Shown piece after piece: positions 46,901 through 55,479 of a stretch of 64,000 nucleotides of DNA. Under the pieces are notes generated by a model. That model worked only from the letters and a program-made list of their open reading frames with translations. It did no database searches and was not told the origin of the DNA. The DNA is from Bacteroidales bacterium (GTDB taxonomy: Bacteria; Bacteroidota; Bacteroidia; Bacteroidales; UBA932), in NCBI GenBank assembly GCA_031553765.1, contig JAVBKY010000003.1, positions 112,933 through 176,932 on the forward strand, in the 5' to 3' direction. The number at the start of each line of letters is the position of its first letter. Position 1 is the stretch's first letter. The translations under genes and the position numbers were made by a program.

Positions 46901-47971
46901 CTACGCTTGCGCCTTAGCGCTGTAAATGGCGCCGATACAATCTTCACCCAGCGGCAAGCAAATGGAGTACTTGCGGAAGTTGATTTCACTCGCTTGCGTG
47001 TCGGGGGCGTTTTCTGCCTTTCTCCAGTACATCTTTGCGGAACCGTCGGCGCGCATGCACTTGCTATCAGCAAAGGCAACCGACGCCATCCTGTGCTTGG
47101 CATCGTCCACAACGGCGCCAAATGGCACTTTCTTACCCGTTGTTACATCGAAATACGGGCAATCGGTGAACTCGTAAATGTCGAAGCTATTCATGCGCGT
47201 AATCTTGCCGCTTTCATGCTCGTAGTACTGCTTTTGGAAGTTTTGGTCGAGCGCCAGCAAGTCGTTTACGTGGTCGGGGCAAAGCACCAACACGCGCTGC
47301 GAAGCGGGAACTTTCAGCTTGTCAAACGCCTTTTTTAGCTTCAACAGGTCTTTGCGGGTAAACACCTTACGACCCTCTTCTGCGTCCACTTCGCCGCTGG
47401 TAACCACCACGGGTGCGCCTGTCTTGCCCTCGTTGGGAGCAAGTGCGTGAAGTGCCTTAGCAAACTTCTTTTCTTCGATAGCTTCCTTGTGTAGCTCAAC
47501 CGAGGTACCCATTTTGTCGTAGCTAATCGCGTGTAGCTCGTCGTCGGTAATAACCGTGCGTTCGGTTTGGTACTTGTCCAAGCCAATAGGCTTGTCGGCG
47601 TCCTTAGCATCTGAAATGCCGATAGGATAGGTAGTGTTATTCACCAGTACCGCGGGCTTTCCGCCGATGTTTACAAAGTGGATAACATCGTTTTCAACCT
47701 TGCTATCGTAGGACTTGATACGCTTGTACCAGCCCACCGCTTCTTCGGTTAGCTTAAATGCCTTATTCAAGTAGCCCGTCCATACTTCCGTAAAGACGCC
47801 AGCGCCCAGCACACCCGCGGGCATAAAGCCGCCAACAGCCGCCGAAATAAAGCCCGCTGCGGGAACAGTAATAGCCCCCACAAGCGCGTCAAAGCCAGCC
47901 GCCGACGCTATGGTTGCTCCAAATACGCTGCTTACTGCAAGCAGCATTACAAAAGATAAAATGCGTTTCAT
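46901..47971 (-). CDS. Major capsid protein (start uncertain: 47971 or internal Met at 47824)
   Basis: 356 aa, directly after the protease/scaffold gene. It has a hydrophobic Gly/Ala-rich N-terminal 49 aa of unclear status. Confidence 0.65.
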   Translation of the reverse strand: MKRILSFVMLLAVSSVFGATIASAAGFDALVGAITVPAAGFISAAVGGFMPAGVLGAGVFTEVWTGYLNKAFKLTEEAVGWYKRIKSYDSKVENDVIHFVNIGGKPAVLVNNTTYPIGISDAKDADKPIGLDKYQTERTVITDDELHAISYDKMGTSVELHKEAIEEKKFAKALHALAPNEGKTGAPVVVTSGEVDAEEGRKVFTRKDLLKLKKAFDKLKVPASQRVLVLCPDHVNDLLALDQNFQKQYYEHESGKITRMNSFDIYEFTDCPYFDVTTGKKVPFGAVVDDAKHRMASVAFADSKCMRADGSAKMYWRKAENAPDTQASEINFRKYSICLPLGEDCIGAIYSAKAQA

Positions 47972-48008
47972 TCGTTATTAAAAATTACTTTTTGGTTTCA
48001 CATACTTT

Positions 48009-48965
48009 TTACGCTTCGAGCGTGGGCGCAACGCCAAACTCCGCCTTGTACAATGCGATGTACTGCTTGGGGTTTTCGCCTTTCAGCTTTTCGGCGGTTG
48101 CGGGGGTAAGGTCGCCCCACTTCAATTCGAGCGTTTCCTTTTTGCCGCCCCTTTCGTCGATAAAATCAGTAGGCTTTGCGGCAGTCTTTAGCGGTGCCAG
48201 CGTCTTGCTTAGGAAGTCCGCACCCATGCTCTTACCAAGAGCCAAGTAGTGGTCTTTTTGGTCGGCGTTAATGCGCGTGTCCGCAATTGCCGCATCCACT
48301 ATACCCGCCACCGCTGCCAGCGCGAGCTTTTCGCCGTTTTCGGCTCTGTCTTTCAGCGCCGAAATTGCGGCAACCGCTTGGTCGCTGGTGGCTGTTTCTG
48401 ACAACCCCAGCGCAAGAAAAATAGTTTTCATGTTTTGTAAATTTTGATTATTACTATTGCCCTCGTCGGGGTTTTCCTTGTTGAGCGATAAAAGCGGCAA
48501 GGCGTCGCAAGTTGCACCGCTGCCTAATTCTAAAGTTTTACCGTTGTAACACAACTGCAAAGCGTCGTCGTTGCCGCCTATATCTACAATGCTTATCTCA
48601 ATCAACTTGCTGCGCGTAATCGTTTCGCGGGTTTGTCCCACAAGTATTAGCGCAGGGTCGTTGCTGGTTTCGACAATTTCAAACTTTGGCGATAACATGC
48701 GCAAAAAGTTGTTTTCCCACTTGTCGGCAATTCGCTTGGCAAACTCATCGTTAAGGTCAAAAACAGGCGTGCCAATTATCTTGGCACCGTCCAGCCTTAA
48801 ATTTTCTACCCGCCCAATCGGCATTCTGTCGCCACCGCGCTGGTGCATATACAGCAGCACAGGGTTGCGCTCGTACTGTGCGTAGTCAACGCCCACCGTA
48901 ATTACGCGCGAGCCGACTTCGTTAACTCTTTCGGTTGAAATAACCGCCTCTTTCGTTTTACCCAT
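48009..48965 (-). CDS. Prohead protease (HK97/S78-like) fused to a scaffold-like C-terminal half
   Basis: LLYMHQRGGDRMPIGRVENLRLDG resembles the S78 N-terminal motif. The C-terminal half is helical and Ala/Lys-rich, with an internal Met (MKTIFLALG) that could give a nested scaffold as in Mu I/Z. Confidence 0.65.
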   Translation of the reverse strand: MGKTKEAVISTERVNEVGSRVITVGVDYAQYERNPVLLYMHQRGGDRMPIGRVENLRLDGAKIIGTPVFDLNDEFAKRIADKWENNFLRMLSPKFEIVETSNDPALILVGQTRETITRSKLIEISIVDIGGNDDALQLCYNGKTLELGSGATCDALPLLSLNKENPDEGNSNNQNLQNMKTIFLALGLSETATSDQAVAAISALKDRAENGEKLALAAVAGIVDAAIADTRINADQKDHYLALGKSMGADFLSKTLAPLKTAAKPTDFIDERGGKKETLELKWGDLTPATAEKLKGENPKQYIALYKAEFGVAPTLEA

Positions 48966-48979
48966 TGCTTTAAAAATTG

Positions 48980-49050
48980 TACGCGATACGGGATTTGAAC
49001 CCGTGTTTGCTGCTTAAATGCAACTGTTCTAACCGCTGAACTAACCGCGC
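48980..49050 (-). tRNA. tRNA-like gene with a 6-nt anticodon loop AUUUAA (identity undetermined; possibly a pseudo-tRNA)
   Basis: 71 nt. Acceptor GCGCGGU/AUCGCGU (two G-U pairs), D-arm GUUC-AGCGGUUA-GAAC, anticodon stem GUUGC/GCAGC and T-arm ACGGG-UUCAAAU-CCCGU. Confidence 0.55.
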
Positions 49051-49107
49051 TCCGCGTGTCTTTCCACGCCGTCAAACAAACCCAAAAAACAAACAACAAA
49101 AGCCTTG

Positions 49108-49180
49108 TTGCGGGGGACGGACTCGAACCGCCGACCTCAAGGGAATGAACCTTGCGAGCTACCTACTGCTCCACCCCACG
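49108..49180 (-). tRNA. tRNA-Met-like (anticodon CAU) with initiator-type features
   Basis: 73-nt canonical cloverleaf. It has a C1xA72 mismatch, A11:U24, D-loop AGUAGGUA, anticodon arm CAAGG-UUCAUUC-CCUUG, variable loop AGGUC and T-arm GGCGG-UUCGAGU-CCGUC. Confidence 0.7.
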
Positions 49181-49339
49181 ATGTGTTTTCACGATGCAAA
49201 AATGCAAGGTGTTTTTCGCTGCAACAAAAAGAGTGTCAAAACTTTGCATTATTTTTTTATAGGGGGTAAATAGACGCCATTTTTGCACTGCAAAAACGGG
49301 CAATGTTGCCCCAAAATCAAAAAAATCAAATTCGTATGA

Positions 49340-49831
49340 ATGGCAAAAAAGACGAGTAAGAACGCGGGGCAAGAAGAGTTCGCGTTTGCGTTGTACATGA
49401 ACAACACGCCCGTTAATGAAATTGCTGAAAAGGTTGGCATAAGTCGTCAATCAATAAGCAAGTGGATTAGCAAAGGGGGCTGGGCGGAACGGCGCGCAGC
49501 AAAAAATATCACGCGCCCCGAGCTGGCAAACCGACTTTTGGCGGCAATCGCCACCGAGATAGAACGGTTGAATGAAAAGACCGATAAAAATGACGATAGC
49601 GGCATATCAAACGGCGTCATTGATAAGTTATCGAAAATGGCGGCTATCGTTGAAAAACTCGACAAAAAAGCGTCGGTGGTGGACGCTATCGAAGTGTTTA
49701 TCGCTTTCGGTAAGTGGTGCCAGTACCGCGCAAGTATCGACCCCGAGCTGACGCCTGAACTCATTAAGGCAATCAATAAGTATCAAGACTTGTACATAAG
49801 CGAAATGCTGGGCGACAAGTTGAAAGGATAG
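49340..49831 (+). CDS. Terminase small subunit-like HTH protein (Mu gp27-like position)
   Basis: N-terminal HTH (TPVNEIAEKVGISRQSISKWI), directly upstream of TerL. Confidence 0.55.
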   Translation: MAKKTSKNAGQEEFAFALYMNNTPVNEIAEKVGISRQSISKWISKGGWAERRAAKNITRPELANRLLAAIATEIERLNEKTDKNDDSGISNGVIDKLSKMAAIVEKLDKKASVVDAIEVFIAFGKWCQYRASIDPELTPELIKAINKYQDLYISEMLGDKLKG

Positions 49832-49837
49832 TAAGTT

Positions 49838-51373
49838 ATGGCAAAAAGCAACGAGTTAGAGGCGTATAAGCTTTGGAAAAAGCACTGCGAAAACGTACAG
49901 CAGCAAACGACAGTCAATAAGTCGGAAAGCCCCGCGGATAAGCAAGCGCGTATTGAGCGCGCCCGCGTGGATTACGCCTTTTTCGTCGATTACTACTTCC
50001 CGCACTACACCACCAACGCGCAAACGGGCAAGCATACCGCCAGCGCGCCGTTTCACATTGACGCAGCAAAAAAGGTGCTGAAAAATCGCAACTTAAAAGC
50101 GGTGTTTAAGTGGGCGCGCGGACACGCAAAAAGTACGCACTTCGACGTAATGATACCGCTATGGTTGAAGTGCCAAAAGGTGCGTGAAATTAACGTCATG
50201 GTGCTGGTGGGTAAGAGCCAAGACAACGCCAATACGCTGCTGGGCGACATACAAGCCGAACTTGAATTTAACCAGCGCTACATAAACGATTTCGGGCTGC
50301 AAAAGAACGAGGGTTCATGGCAAGACGGCGAGTTTGTTACCGCCGACGGCGTGGCGTTCTTCGCCCGTGGTCGCGGACAATCACCGCGCGGCTTGCGCTA
50401 CCGCAGCAACCGACCCGACTACATCGTGATTGACGACCTCGACGACGACGAGCTGGTGAACAACCCCGAGCGCGTAACAAGGCTAACCAACTGGGTAAAA
50501 GAGGCGCTTTTTGGCGCGCTTGACGGCGGGCGCGGGCGCTTTATCATGGTGGGTAACTTAATCGGTAAAAACAGCGTTTTAGCCAACATTGCTGCCACCA
50601 ACGGGGTGCATGTTTCGCAGGTCAACGTGTGGGGTAAAGACGGTTTGCCGTCGTGGTCGGCAAAGTGGACGGCAGACGAGGTGCAGGCAATGGAGATATT
50701 CCAAGGGTATCGCTCGTTTCAAAAGGAAATGATGAACAACCCGATTACCGAGGGCGCCGTGTTCAAAAACGATTGGATAAGGTGGAAAAAAGCGCTACCG
50801 CTACACAAGTACGACGAGTTGGTGGTGTACTGCGACCCGTCGTTTAAGTCCACCAGCAAAAACGACTTCAAGGCGATTAAGTTTTGGGGCAAGACAGGCA
50901 GGGAACTGCACAACCTTGCGGCGTTCGTTCGACAAACGACCGTTGCCGAAATGGTGCGCTGGTTTTACGACCTGCACGAAAGCCTGCCCGAAAATGTAAC
51001 GGTGTCGTACTACATCGAAGCCAACTTTTTGCAAGACGTCCTTTTGGACGAATTTAAGCGTGAGGGCGACGCGCGCGGGTACCAATTACCCATACGCGCC
51101 GACAAGCGAAAAAAGCCCGACAAATTCCAGCGTATCGAGGGAATTAGCCCGCTGTGGGAGCGCGGCTTTGTGTACTACGATATAAGCAAAAAGAACGACC
51201 CCGATATGCTGGCGGGCATTGAACAGCTGCTGGCATTTGAAAAGGGCATGAGCGGACACGACGACGCCCCCGACGCTGACGAGGGCGCTATCTACATACT
51301 ACAACAGCGAACACGAGTACAAACCTTTGCGCCGCAAATAGGCGGGCGCAGCAATTCAAAACACGCATGGTAA
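49838..51373 (+). CDS. Terminase large subunit
   Basis: 511 aa. ATPase region with a Walker-B-like segment (DYIVIDDLDDDE) and a C-terminal nuclease-like part (HDDAPDADEGA). Confidence 0.8.
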   Translation: MAKSNELEAYKLWKKHCENVQQQTTVNKSESPADKQARIERARVDYAFFVDYYFPHYTTNAQTGKHTASAPFHIDAAKKVLKNRNLKAVFKWARGHAKSTHFDVMIPLWLKCQKVREINVMVLVGKSQDNANTLLGDIQAELEFNQRYINDFGLQKNEGSWQDGEFVTADGVAFFARGRGQSPRGLRYRSNRPDYIVIDDLDDDELVNNPERVTRLTNWVKEALFGALDGGRGRFIMVGNLIGKNSVLANIAATNGVHVSQVNVWGKDGLPSWSAKWTADEVQAMEIFQGYRSFQKEMMNNPITEGAVFKNDWIRWKKALPLHKYDELVVYCDPSFKSTSKNDFKAIKFWGKTGRELHNLAAFVRQTTVAEMVRWFYDLHESLPENVTVSYYIEANFLQDVLLDEFKREGDARGYQLPIRADKRKKPDKFQRIEGISPLWERGFVYYDISKKNDPDMLAGIEQLLAFEKGMSGHDDAPDADEGAIYILQQRTRVQTFAPQIGGRSNSKHAW

Positions 51374-51648
51374 AATTTTTTTTCTTTCTCATTGGCGATT
51401 TTTTCGCGTCTTTGGGTGTAACTCATTTCGTGCGCGGCTACTTCAACCGCCGCCGCTTCAAAAGCAAAATACGGCAATGCGAAAAGCTGAACCGCTGGCA
51501 CAATGGCAAGCACATTGTGGTGCGCTACAAAAAGAAGCCGCTACTACTCAACAAGCGGACGTTTAAAGACCTCAAAGCGCAGGGCTGGTTCCCGCGCGCA
51601 ACGTGGGGCGACATGCAAAAAATACAAGTAACCCTCGAAAACTTATAG
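51367..51648 (+). CDS. Hypothetical basic protein with hydrophobic N-terminus
   Basis: 93 aa, overlaps the TerL end by 7 nt. Confidence 0.3.
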   Translation: MVKFFFFLIGDFFASLGVTHFVRGYFNRRRFKSKIRQCEKLNRWHNGKHIVVRYKKKPLLLNKRTFKDLKAQGWFPRATWGDMQKIQVTLENL

Positions 51649-51652
51649 CCGA

Positions 51653-52078
51653 ATGTTTATTGAAGTGGAAGACTACAGCGCCGTTTGCGACGAGCGCGAA
51701 TTTGACGCGGTGCAAAACAGCGAAGCGACACGAAAGAAAGCCGAGCAAACGGCAATAAAAGAGGTTGCCAGCTACCTGCGCACGCGCTACGATGTTGACA
51801 AAATATTTGCCGCCACAGGCGACGAGCGCGACGAACACTTGGTAACGATAGTTGTAAACGTAGCGCTGTACTACCTAAGCCAGCGCCTACCGAGCAAAAT
51901 GGCGGGCGAAAAACGCGAAACGCTCTACGACAAAGCCATTGCATGGCTTACTAAGGTGCAAAAAGGCGGCGCCTCGCCCAACCTGCCCGCACTTGCAAGC
52001 GGGGGCGGTACCGCCGATAGTACCGACACCTTCCCTATGGCGGTGGGTGGAATGCCGCGCGCAACATACACATGGTAA
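51653..52078 (+). CDS. Head-tail connector-type protein (Mu gp36 / DUF1320-like, putative)
   Basis: 141 aa. The pattern ...AEQTAIKEVASYLRTRYD...ALYYLSQR...YDKAIAWLTKVQKG recalls DUF1320. Confidence 0.45.
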   Translation: MFIEVEDYSAVCDEREFDAVQNSEATRKKAEQTAIKEVASYLRTRYDVDKIFAATGDERDEHLVTIVVNVALYYLSQRLPSKMAGEKRETLYDKAIAWLTKVQKGGASPNLPALASGGGTADSTDTFPMAVGGMPRATYTW

Positions 52079-52114
52079 AAGGGATTTTAAAAACGCTTTA
52101 AAAGGATTTTAATA

Positions 52115-53350
52115 ATGGGATTTTTAGACAGGTGGAACGGTAAAAAGGAAGCCGCCGACAACTACGCTGCCATGCTGGCGCTTGCCAAGCAAATGGTGGC
52201 AAAACAGAGCGTAATTCTTGACCTTGTGGAGCAAACAGACGCGCTCACAAAAAAGGATATAGGCAGCTGGCACCAAGCGTGGCAAATGGCGATTGATAAA
52301 GAAGAACCGCGCCGCGGGGAGCTGTACGACAACTACACTACCGCGCTAATTGATAACCACCTTACGGGTTGCTTGGAGCAGCGAAAGGGGCGAACGCTGC
52401 AAAAAGACTTTATCATAAAAGGCAAGGACGGCAAAGAAAACGTGGCGGCGGGTAAGCTGTTCGAGAATGAATGGTTTGTGCAGTTTCTCAACTTGGCGCT
52501 TGACGTCAAGTATTGGGGGCATTCGCTCGTGGAGTTTGGCGACATAATTAACCGCGGGGCGCCTAACATGCGATTTGCAAATTGCTCGCTGGTTCCGCGC
52601 AAGCACGTAGTACAGGAGTACGGCGTAATAACCAAAGAGGCGGGCGGCGACATTAGGCGCGGCGTGTCGTACCGTGAGGGTGCAATTGCCGACTGGAGCG
52701 TTGAAGTGGGCGACGCCCGCGACTTAGGCTTGCTGCTAAAGGTAACACCGCAATGCCTAAGCAAAAAAAATATGCTTGGTTACTGGGACACATTCGGCGA
52801 AATCTTCGGTATGCCTATGCGCGTGGGCTACACGCCCAGCCAAAACCCCGCCGACTGGACGAAGATTACCTCAATGCTCGACAAGCTGGGCGCAGCGGGT
52901 TACGCGCTGCTTCCCGAGGGTACCACCATTGAAATAAAGGAAACGAGCCGCGGCGACGCGTACAACGTGTACGACAAGCGTATTGACCGCGCCAACTCCG
53001 AAATGTCAAAGGCAATTTTAGTGCAAACTATGACCATTGACAGCGGTTCAAGCCTAAGCCAATCGGAAACGCACCTCGAAGTGTTTAACAACATTTGCAA
53101 GGGCGACGCTACCAGCATACGCCACACGATTAACAACCGCTTGCTGCCGCTTATGGAAAAGCACGGCTTTCCCGTGGCGGGTTGCTCATTCGAGTGGGAC
53201 GACGCCGCCAGCTACACGCCTGCCGAGCAACGCGAAAACGAGCGCCTTTTGCTGCAATACTTCGACATAGACCCGAAATACTTCAGCGACAAATATAAGA
53301 TTGCCATAAAGGGCGTAAAACAGCCCGCTCAAAACGATTTTTTCAAGTAG
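52115..53350 (+). CDS. Portal protein (Mu gp29 / DUF935-like)
   Basis: 411 aa, between TerL and MuF as in Mu-like phages. Confidence 0.7.
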   Translation: MGFLDRWNGKKEAADNYAAMLALAKQMVAKQSVILDLVEQTDALTKKDIGSWHQAWQMAIDKEEPRRGELYDNYTTALIDNHLTGCLEQRKGRTLQKDFIIKGKDGKENVAAGKLFENEWFVQFLNLALDVKYWGHSLVEFGDIINRGAPNMRFANCSLVPRKHVVQEYGVITKEAGGDIRRGVSYREGAIADWSVEVGDARDLGLLLKVTPQCLSKKNMLGYWDTFGEIFGMPMRVGYTPSQNPADWTKITSMLDKLGAAGYALLPEGTTIEIKETSRGDAYNVYDKRIDRANSEMSKAILVQTMTIDSGSSLSQSETHLEVFNNICKGDATSIRHTINNRLLPLMEKHGFPVAGCSFEWDDAASYTPAEQRENERLLLQYFDIDPKYFSDKYKIAIKGVKQPAQNDFFK

Positions 53351-53433
53351 GGGACGGTAAGGCTAAGGGCGAACCCGTCCCCACAAAAAACGACAAAAAA
53401 ACAGCATTAGCGGGTGGTAACAAGGGCTACTAC

Positions 53434-54774
53434 TTGGCGCTACACAGCGCGCTACAATCGCTATACGACGAGCGCTTTTTGCAGCTGGCTAAAGAGGGCG
53501 ACGAACTCTTTACGTTCGGCGCGGATATAGTGAGCGACGCCGTAAAAGCCTTGCATAAGGCGGGTAAGTTCAGCCCTAAGCTGCTGGCAAAAAAAGAGGG
53601 GCGCGCGCTCATTGGCGAAAACTATCGCATACTATCGGACGCCATCGACACGGGAACCACCCGCGCCACCACCGAGGGGCTAACCCACGAAATACCCGCC
53701 GAACTCACGGCGGCGCTAAAGGATAACGCCTATATTTTTTCGGGCTGGAAAGCCTACCACACTATGCGCGAGGCGGGCGTGTCGCTCATGGACGCGGGCG
53801 GCGGCATGAAAACTTTTGAGCAATTTGAAAAGGAAGCGGGCGACGTGTTCAAGCGCCAAAACCTAAACCTGCGCGCAGAATACCAGTACGCCACACAAAC
53901 GGCGCAAATGGTGGCGAAGTGGCACGACATCGAAGAGGACGGCGACCGCTACGATTTGCAATATCGAACCGTGGGCGACGACCGCGTAAGGGAAGAACAC
54001 GCCGCGCTGGACGGTACCACGCTACCCCCCAGCGACCCGTTTTGGAGTAAATATTACCCGCCGAATGGCTGGGGCTGCCGCTGCACCGCCGTACAGGTGC
54101 GCAAGGGCAAGTATGAGCAAAGCGATAGCCAAGCTGCCACCGACGCGGGCGACGACGCCACCAGCCAGCCGCGGCAACAAATGTTTCGCTTCAACGCGGG
54201 CGCGCAAAAAAAGATTTTCCCCAACAAGCACCCGTACTTTCCGAAAGACTGTGGGGGCTGCGACAAAACGCTGGCGCTGGTGTACGGCAAAGGACGCCCC
54301 GAATGTGAGACTTGCAAAATAGTAAAGGCAATGAGCGCAGCAATGGAAACTATACCAACCAAGCGCGGCGTTGTGAAGTGCAGTAGGGCGCACGGCGCAA
54401 ACGAAAGGGCGGAAAATATCGCTATTGCCAAACATTTTGCCGAAAAGCACGGGCAAGAAATAGAACTTTTGCCACGCGCATTCAATAAGAAAACTCCTGA
54501 CGCCTACAACAAAACGCTGGGTGTTGAGCAAGAATTTAAGGTAAATAAAACGCCGACAAAAAGCGCTATTGACAACGAACTGCGCAAGGCTGGATTGCAA
54601 GCTAACCACATCGTATTAAGCGTTGAGTCCGACATACCCAGCGACCAGCTAAAGAGAGGTGTTAAAGGGCGTATAAAATGGGCAAAGAACATAGAAGCGC
54701 TAACGATAGTAAGGAACGGGAAAGATAGAACCTACACGCGCGAAGAAATACTAAGCGACGGCTTCGAGCCATAA
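53434..54774 (+). CDS. MuF-like minor head protein with Zn-ribbon and PD-(D/E)xK-like C-terminal extension
   Basis: TTG start. MuF core (VGDDRVREEHAALDG...PPNGWGCRC), CGGC...CETC and a C-terminal ...ERAEN...TPDAY...EQEFK... pattern. Confidence 0.75.
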   Translation: MALHSALQSLYDERFLQLAKEGDELFTFGADIVSDAVKALHKAGKFSPKLLAKKEGRALIGENYRILSDAIDTGTTRATTEGLTHEIPAELTAALKDNAYIFSGWKAYHTMREAGVSLMDAGGGMKTFEQFEKEAGDVFKRQNLNLRAEYQYATQTAQMVAKWHDIEEDGDRYDLQYRTVGDDRVREEHAALDGTTLPPSDPFWSKYYPPNGWGCRCTAVQVRKGKYEQSDSQAATDAGDDATSQPRQQMFRFNAGAQKKIFPNKHPYFPKDCGGCDKTLALVYGKGRPECETCKIVKAMSAAMETIPTKRGVVKCSRAHGANERAENIAIAKHFAEKHGQEIELLPRAFNKKTPDAYNKTLGVEQEFKVNKTPTKSAIDNELRKAGLQANHIVLSVESDIPSDQLKRGVKGRIKWAKNIEALTIVRNGKDRTYTREEILSDGFEP

Positions 54775-54987
54775 AAGCAAAGCGGGTATTCCGTTTAACT
54801 GAAATACCCGCTTCGGGAGGTCGAGGACGCATCCCCAACCAGTCAAGAGCGAACCCTTGAACAACACAAAGGTAAACACTTTTTGTTCATTTGGCACTCT
54901 TTGGTGGTGAAATTTTGGCGAAAAGCCGATAAAATGCGCACGAATGATACAAAAAGTGTATCGTTTGAGTGGTGCAGCAACAAGCAA

Positions 54988-55479
54988 ATGAAAAAAGAAC
55001 TTTTAGCCGATATTTTAAAAGACATGCGCGTTGAGCTTGCCGACGAGTTCGACCAAAACTTCGTGCGCGGTGGCTTCTTTGGCTCCGAGTGGAAAGCGAA
55101 GCTAAACGGCGAAAGTTCCAAGCTGCAACAAAGCGCCAAGCTGCGGCGCTCCATACGCGCCACCGAGCGCGGCTCGGCGGTGGTGTTCACCTCGTCAGAG
55201 CCTTACGCCACCATAAACAACGAGGGCGGCGAAATAGTCGTAACCGCTAAAATGCGCAAGTATTTTTGGGCGCAGTACTACAAGCATGGTAAGCACAGCG
55301 AAAAGGCGCGCATGTACAGGAATTTGGCGCTGAAAGCGGTAGGCTCGAAGCTGCAAATTCCGCAACGGCAGTATATCGGCGACCATGCGCAGGTTCGTAC
55401 CAATATTGAAACGATTGTAAAGGATAATGTCGAGCGCTACACCGTACAAGCATTTGAAAAACTAAACCGTAAAAAGTAA
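54988..55479 (+). CDS. Virion morphogenesis protein (Mu gpG-like)
   Basis: Starts at MKKELLADILKDMRVELADEFDQNF. SEPYATINNEGG...IPQRQYIG matches the gpG family pattern. The longer track ORF (54883) is rejected. Confidence 0.6.
   Translation: MKKELLADILKDMRVELADEFDQNFVRGGFFGSEWKAKLNGESSKLQQSAKLRRSIRATERGSAVVFTSSEPYATINNEGGEIVVTAKMRKYFWAQYYKHGKHSEKARMYRNLALKAVGSKLQIPQRQYIGDHAQVRTNIETIVKDNVERYTVQAFEKLNRKK

Noticed and set aside
54883-54987. Long N-terminal extensions offered by the ORF track: 54883 here, and likewise 7919, 13164, 18186, 26193, 31127, 57150, 57881 and 58938.
   Set aside because: Each extension overlaps an upstream gene or a promoter box, or lacks family-typical sequence. An internal Met restores the canonical N-terminus or removes the overlap.
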